DNA of 57,515 nucleotides, filler included, from Sphacelaria rigidula (lineage: Eukaryota): the NCBI GenBank assembly GCA_964200075.2. It is 8 parts of 8 records of this genome, joined end to end, with 100 filler letters (N's around TTAATTAATTAA, not from the genome) between each part and the next. Parts side by side here need not be neighbours in the genome. Positions count along the whole stretch, not along the records: positions 50,415 to 57,515 come from CAXNAA020016478.1; 7 more parts are not named here. One strand, written 5' to 3'. Of this stretch, positions 51,791-57,515 are shown piece after piece. The notes beneath the pieces are model-generated. The model was not told where the DNA came from and made no database searches. It worked only from the letters and a program-made list of their open reading frames with translations. The translations under genes were made by a program, and so were the position numbers. Within the stretch, counting starts at the first letter, position 1; the number at the start of each line of letters is the position of its first letter.

Positions 51791-52027
51791 GTGAAAAGGG
51801 TTTCGTTGTCATGAATCCCTTGCATTAAAGTTTACGCTAGGGTGTAGATGCTTTTGGTCTGTGTCACAGTGTGTTGAGTAGGCTATTCATGCAACGCTAT
51901 TCTGCCAGCACTCCAGTGATGTAGATCTCAAGTTGCTATGTATCCCCAAGGCCAAATCGGTACTGTGCCGTATTTTACTTTTGGGCTCGGCTGATCGCTG
52001 TGTTGCTGTATTTTTTTGTGACGACAG

Positions 52028-52090
52028 TGGCTTGATATGGATTCTGCGTGCGAGGATGCTGCATGGGCTAGTGAGCTGGCCTTCAAGCAG
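52028..52090 (+). CDS. PRMT5: PRMT5 exon
   Basis: ACAG|TGG...CAG|GTGAGT; WLDMDSACEDAAWASELAFKQ. Confidence 0.9.
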
Positions 52091-52616
52091 GTGAGTTAAG
52101 TATTCAGCTGTCCGTAATTTTTGTGATGCAGTAAACCATGCGTTTTATGTCAAGAGAAGAGGGATGTGGACGCTTTCGCTCTGACGCGCAGAAAACCCGA
52201 CACAGTTTACGTGCACGAAGACCATGGTAAACGTTGACTGTGCGCCTTGCCCCAAGTAGCATTGCGTCTTATTTGCAACCTCACCCAACACGTGGACATC
52301 GGGTACAGTCGATGGGGTTGAGCGTGTATCGATTTTATTGACTCATTGACTGTCGCACATAAACGTTGACGGATACCCGAGGGATTCAACCATACTGTAT
52401 TTATATTTTTAGTCACTCTAGTCACAAGATAAGCGTACCCTAGGTGAACGAAACAAGAATTCCGGTGAAAAAGAAACGCGGGAAAAGCGAAAAAAGAGCA
52501 AACGGAGTGTAATGGAAAACAAAAAAAAGCGGAAACAAAAAGCAAATTCACCGGTATTCTGTCATCCTCCGGTGTCGTTGATCTCCCGTCTTTCCTGCAT
52601 GCTGTTCGGCGAGCAG

Positions 52617-52712
52617 GAAATGGCGTGGGCGACTCACTTGGCGCTAGCAGCGGTCATAGCGCCTGCTCCCAAGCCTGGAAAGTGTGCCAATTATGCAAGG
52701 TGTATCAATCAG
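52617..52712 (+). CDS. PRMT5: PRMT5 exon
   Basis: GCAG|GAA...[41 protein letters not shown]. Confidence 0.9.
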
Positions 52713-54211
52713 GTGCGTATCCGTTGACATGAGCAAGATGGTTGCTGCGGCGATGATATCGGCTAACTGTGTCATGTGTTCGTCGTTGACGGTGATCTCT
52801 TTTGTTGAGGTGATGTATTTACTTCATGTGCGTCTCTTGTGTGTTTCGTAGTCGATAACGACTGCGCTGATGCTAGGTGCACGTGTTTGACAGCAATAAT
52901 AGTGCGTTCATAAGTTCATGACGTGCCCGGATACTCTATGATATTCTCACATTCGTGCGGTTCGACATGATCATGTCTCGGCTTGCCTTGCGCATCCAAG
53001 CCTTGAGTACAACGGTATCATTGAAGCGCAAGCTGTTGAAGGAACCCCCCCCCCCCCCTTTCAGGCTCAAGCGAATTTTCTGGTACTGTCGCTCTTGCAA
53101 TGGGGTTTTGATGAAAGTAGGGTGAGGCTGGCACGTCGAACACATCGGTACACGTGAATTAAGGAGCCAATAAAGGCGGTAAGACACATGCTGCATCGGG
53201 TCTCCTGTCGCCCCGTATTTCGACCAGCATCCCGCACATTAAAGCACTGGTGCGTGCAAAGTGTTGAATCGATGGTTACACCAAGAGCTGGTCCTATGAT
53301 ATACAAGTACTTGGTATGGTTCTTGGATGCATGAGCAGTACCATACGCTCGGAGCCAGGTTTGTCGCGGAAAGTACTCACGTGTTCCTCCTCTCCACAAC
53401 AAGTGCCGCAGGTATGTCATCGCATGGGTTCCGGGGATGTGCAGCAACCGTTGCTAGAGGGAGTGTCTACGGCAACCAGGCCGAGGTCATGGCGAGTAGC
53501 GGTCTCTGCAATAGTGTTTGTGGTAAATTGATTGCGAGCGGCACAGCACCCGAACATTGTGTTCTCATCATTGTGACCCAACTATGCTGTTTGAGGTTTG
53601 CAGCAGACCGATTCGCGGATGCAGATGGGGGACAACGACTTTGGGCGAAACGCGAAACTATGGAGGTTCTTTCAATATTCAGGTTGAAATAGAAACGACA
53701 CGATTTTTTTTTCAATCTGAAACTGCTAGTGACCAACGAAATTTTTCTTGACCTGATGCTGCTCGTTCGCAAGGATGCTCCTGAAGCGGTTTCACCAGCT
53801 TTTTGCGCCGACAGTAAAGAGCGAAAGCGTCCTCTTGTCTGAATTTTGAAGTGATATGTTCGGTAGCGAAAGTCGCTTTTTCTCAGCGCTTGCGGGCTTA
53901 TGAAAAGAAAGTGAAATCCGCCAAAGAAGTAATAAGTATTACTGCAACCGAGGGGCATTATATGGAGATTGATAGTATGGCATTGTGTGGAGAAGAAACC
54001 AATATATATATAATAGCTTCTGGGTTGAATATCAATTTTGAAAAAAAATTCCGAGCCGGATCTGGAAAGAAAGAAACTCGCATTCTAGCTGCTGGAAATC
54101 ACGACTACTCATCAGACATTTGCCGAGCGTCCATGGTCCCTTTTCTCTCGCAATGCTGTGATGTTTCATGGAAGTTAGATGTTTATGCATGTGCGTTGTG
54201 ATCGTGCTTAG

Positions 54212-54636
54212 ATTGTCCAAGAATTAACCTACATGGGGATCTGGCTGAGGATCCCGCTCGTGCATCCGGAGGCAATGGACCCAGAGCTTAACAGCAACCG
54301 CAACAGCATTTCAGAAGAATACCAACCAGCGGGAAACGATTTTCCCACCGCGCCGCGGCAGGACGGCGAAGTCATGCAGGTCGACAAGTTGGACCACAGC
54401 AAGGCCGAGCAGCCACCCCACCACACAGATGACCTCAAAGTGATAGTTACGAAAGTGGGTGGCGATAGTGACGTCGACACGGAAGGATGTGTAGTTGACG
54501 AAGAGGGAAGGGTGGCCGTGAAGCAGGGATGCGGCAAGCTGGAGGGGAGAGCTACGACGGACATAAGTGAAGTGGTGGTTGAGGACCCCTGGGAAACATG
54601 GAACACAGTTCGGATGATGTGTGACCACAAGACTGG
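54212..54636 (+). CDS. PRMT5: PRMT5 exon with a long acidic loop
   Basis: TTAG|ATT...GG|GTGAGT; IVQELTYMGIWLRIPL...DPWETWNTVRMMCDHKT. Confidence 0.9.
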
Positions 54637-55257
54637 GTGAGTGCGTTTAGCTTCGACTTGGGGGTGCTGTGCTATGTAAGATGAAAAGAGAGGTGTGATC
54701 CTTCACTGTTTTTCCTTGTGTGTGTTGTCATACTCCTTTCAGACCGGAGGCAGAATTTTGGCTTGCTACCGGGTGTATCTGAATTTTTGGTTTTGTTATG
54801 GTCACGTTAGTTATCTACTGATCAGACCCCAGTCAGAGGATGAGATGAATCCTGTTGCTGGACGTTGTCCACACAGACGGGCGTGATGTCCGCTGATTCT
54901 GCAGAACCTTATCCCCAGTCCCCCTGCCGGCTACTGGTTTCATGATTGGCGTGACTACACTTAGACCTAGGAAGAAGTTGTGTTTTGCAACCCATGGTGG
55001 ATGGCGGACTCCGGCAGCACAACGTCGTGCTTGAGCAGCTAGCTTGTGTACCTATGCAGCAACCACATTCTGGTCAAAAACTATTCCGAATCGATTGCAA
55101 ACGTCTAATCGACTCATCGTACAATCGGACATTGCGAGAATCCAAGAAAACGTGATGCCAGCATGATTTGAAGGTACGCTTCGTGCGGCCACACTCCATC
55201 GAAATTGGATACTGTGTCAGAAAGAATTCGACCCACACGAGGATTGACCACCTATTA

Positions 55258-55345
55258 ACGGATTGATTGATTTTGATTGATTCCTTGTCGCACTGGAACT
55301 GATCCCCAGGGATCCAGCCGTGGTGACATGATAAATGTCCCCGAG
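55258..55345 (-). mobile_element. Family C retroposon 3' end in a PRMT5 intron
   Basis: (GATT)n...TGTCGCACTGGAACTGATCCCCAGGGATCCAGCCGTGG. Confidence 0.75.
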
Positions 55346-56233
55346 ACAAAGCAAAACTAGAACGGGCGCAGTGCTAAATTACAGAACCATCGACCCGGCC
55401 TCCGCTCGGGCGCTCATAACTTGTGACTAAGCTTGGGCTTTTAGGCCTGAATACCTGACCTTTGAGTCATGCCGCCTAACTGCTGTACAGCGTGTACGGC
55501 ATGAGCCTTGAGCGGGATGGGCTATTGGGAACATGACCTTGCCGTGACCTTGCCGGGGTTACCATCAGTGTTTTCCTGGTTGCGGAAAGCAACGCATGGT
55601 CAAGCTTTTAGCGGACAAATAGTAGTTGTAAAATCCCCGCACTCAGTAGCAGCAGTGCAGAAGAGCCTACCCCTGTTTTGTCATGTGTTGTCATGTGTCG
55701 TGTGCGCTTTTCTCACTCTTTTTTTTTTCGAGCCCGAGTCGTCATCACCTCTCAAGGTCTTTTCTTCCCTGCTCGCTTTTTTGGGTGAAGCGGTGATGCG
55801 TAGCGCATTGCCGTCGGTCTAGAGTCTAGTTTGAGAGTTCTGTGAGGGTACCATACCTTTCCTTGACGCCGGCCCAAAGTTTGAATGGAAGTGGGCATGT
55901 CTGGCGCCCTGCTACATGGACTGCGGTTCGTGTTCCCGGATATACACGAGTGTGTCTGTGCTCTGTAGTGGCATGGTATGTGGACCCTTGGTTTCAACGT
56001 GATGGCCCCTAGCAGCTCGTGGTAATATCACAGTGGGTCCTCTAGTCATCAAGTTCATTCGTTTATTCCTGCATGGTTGAGTTGGACCCCGGGTCAGTCT
56101 TTTTATTCGGTGTGCAACCTATCCTGCTGCCTACATGTTGCGTGGTACGCTCCCGTGGCTGCTTCCTTGGCTTACTTAGCTCGTGTCGGATAACACTTTG
56201 AGTCAACAAGTACATTGGACATTCGTGCTGTTT

Positions 56234-56309
56234 TGATTGATATGATTGATGGATTGTCGCACTTGAACTGACCCCCCCAGGGATCCAGCCGTGGTCGCAT
56301 GATGGACGT
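56234..56309 (-). mobile_element. Family C retroposon 3' end in a PRMT5 intron
   Basis: (GATT)n TGTCGCACTTGAACTGACCCCCCAGGGATCCAGCCGTGGTCGCATGATGGACGT. Confidence 0.75.
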
Positions 56310-56561
56310 TGTGGTATGTTGAATTAACACCGATTCTGTGATGTCGCATGTTGAGGTTATTGGACGAGTGCGGTCTATATTTGGCCTTTTTTTTGCATCC
56401 TGCACCCGTCGATTTGACAATTCGTGCCTTTTCCGGATGAAAATATCTTGGAATGCATGAAACGGAACAGTATGAGAAAACCGCAGAACTTTGGTTTCTA
56501 ATTATGCTTTCTTGCGTGTGTGTTGTCTTATCCATAATTTCGACACATTGAACGTATTCAG

Positions 56562-56735
56562 CTTATCGGTGGTGCTGGAAATGACGGCAGATCTGCCGCC
56601 ACAGAGCGTTTGGGAGAGGTGGGTGGGGGAACCCGTAAAGGCCGTGATTGCCCCAACATCCATCTTCATCACCAATAAGAAGGGCTTTCCGACGCTCTCC
56701 AGGAGACACCAGGAGTTCACCACGGCCATGATCAA
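56562..56735 (+). CDS. PRMT5: PRMT5 exon (end of the TIM barrel; methyltransferase exons beyond the window)
   Basis: TTCAG|C...AA|GTGAGG, phase 2 fits; [12 protein letters not shown]...[32 protein letters not shown] is the hallmark PRMT5 motif. Confidence 0.95.
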
Positions 56736-57451
56736 GTGAGGGGTTCTTGTCGTTTCCCTTCAGGAAATACCGGTTTTTTGCGGTACTGTATTTTAGTTGG
56801 ACACCGTACCACGGGGATCACGTACCCCGATCCACGTATTCATGCATGAGTGTGGTGAGCTTGTTTCTCGTTTGTGTTGTGCAAGAGTGCTTCTGGTTAG
56901 ATAGGGTATACCCGAAAGTGGGGGGTTATTGGTTGGCATACGACACCATACCAGAATGCGTGTGGAGCATTCCGGTATGATTCGGAAGGGTATTTTCCTA
57001 TAAAATACCTCTTTCATACTTGTGTAAGTACCCGTATTTCAGGCGGTATTGTGTACCCTTCAAAACGCAATCTTGCTTGCTTGTGTTATCACGCAACAAG
57101 GACGGCTCACTCTGCTGTGATGCAGCAGTGGTAATATGGGGTCTGATCAAGGCTGTAGGAACCCACGTCTGAGAGATGCGCCAACAGCAATGTGCGGTGT
57201 CTTCGTTGTGAGCGTTTCAGGATACAGTCGGCAGTCCCCCCCCCCCCTGTGAGGCCCATCGATTGCATGGCCCTGGCTGGAGTGGGATTCGCCATCGTTC
57301 CCCCTTCACAGCAGCCCATTTTTTATGGATCGTCGTCGTCGTCGTCGTCGTCTTTTTGTTTTTTTGTTAATTGTTTTTGTTGTTGTTGTTGTATCTCTCA
57401 AATCCGTGCTTTAAGGACGTAGGCTCGTCTTTTCGTCCCTGCTATTCCTTA

Positions 57452-57515
57452 CGAGCTGGGCCAGCCTAAAAACGGATTTAAGCTCTAAAAGCAATATCTC
57501 ATCGACACAGACGAG
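57452..57515. mobile_element. End of a third copy of the Tc1/mariner-like MITE
   Basis: TA|CGAGCTGGGCCAGCCTAAAAACG..., reverse complement of 28056-28119. Confidence 0.85.

Noticed and set aside
53700..54201. Nested gene in a PRMT5 intron
   Set aside because: Short frames with stops, no recognisable motif and no convincing splice sites.
1..57515. Multi-gene system linking PRMT5, CCDC12 and the PX protein, or an RNA-guided nuclease (TnpB/Fanzor) locus
   Set aside because: The genes lie on separate contigs joined artificially, and I recognised no RuvC, zinc-finger-nuclease or transposase motifs in any frame.

Overview
This window is not one locus. It is eight sequence blocks of 7103, 7102 (x5) and 7101 (x2) nt joined by identical 100-nt linkers (44 N + TTAATTAATTAA + 44 N), most likely length-sorted contigs of a fragmented draft assembly, so nothing can be inferred from adjacency across linkers. 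The DNA is eukaryotic, intron-rich and repeat-rich; short exons, 0.2-2 kb introns, TTAGGG-like motifs and the gene families suggest a stramenopile, probably a brown alga (inference). I reconstructed four partial host genes by hand from GT-AG junctions: exon 1 of a Cwf18/CCDC12-like splicing factor, the 3' exons of a parallel beta-helix-like protein with 19 Thr/Ser/Asp repeats and an Asp/Ser tail, the 5' exons of a PX-domain protein, and five exons of PRMT5. Block 3 is a degenerate Ty3/Gypsy retrotransposon (PR-RT-RH-INT). The rest is tRNA-derived SINEs, (CAAT)n-tailed retroposon fragments, several MITE and fold-back families (some nested) and minisatellites. I found no CRISPR array and no clear novel multi-gene system. 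The best leads are the beta-helix/acidic-tail protein, a tandem trimer of tRNA-like Pol III heads, and a MITE-internal hairpin whose arms co-vary between copies. All protein family calls rest on recalled motifs, not database searches.
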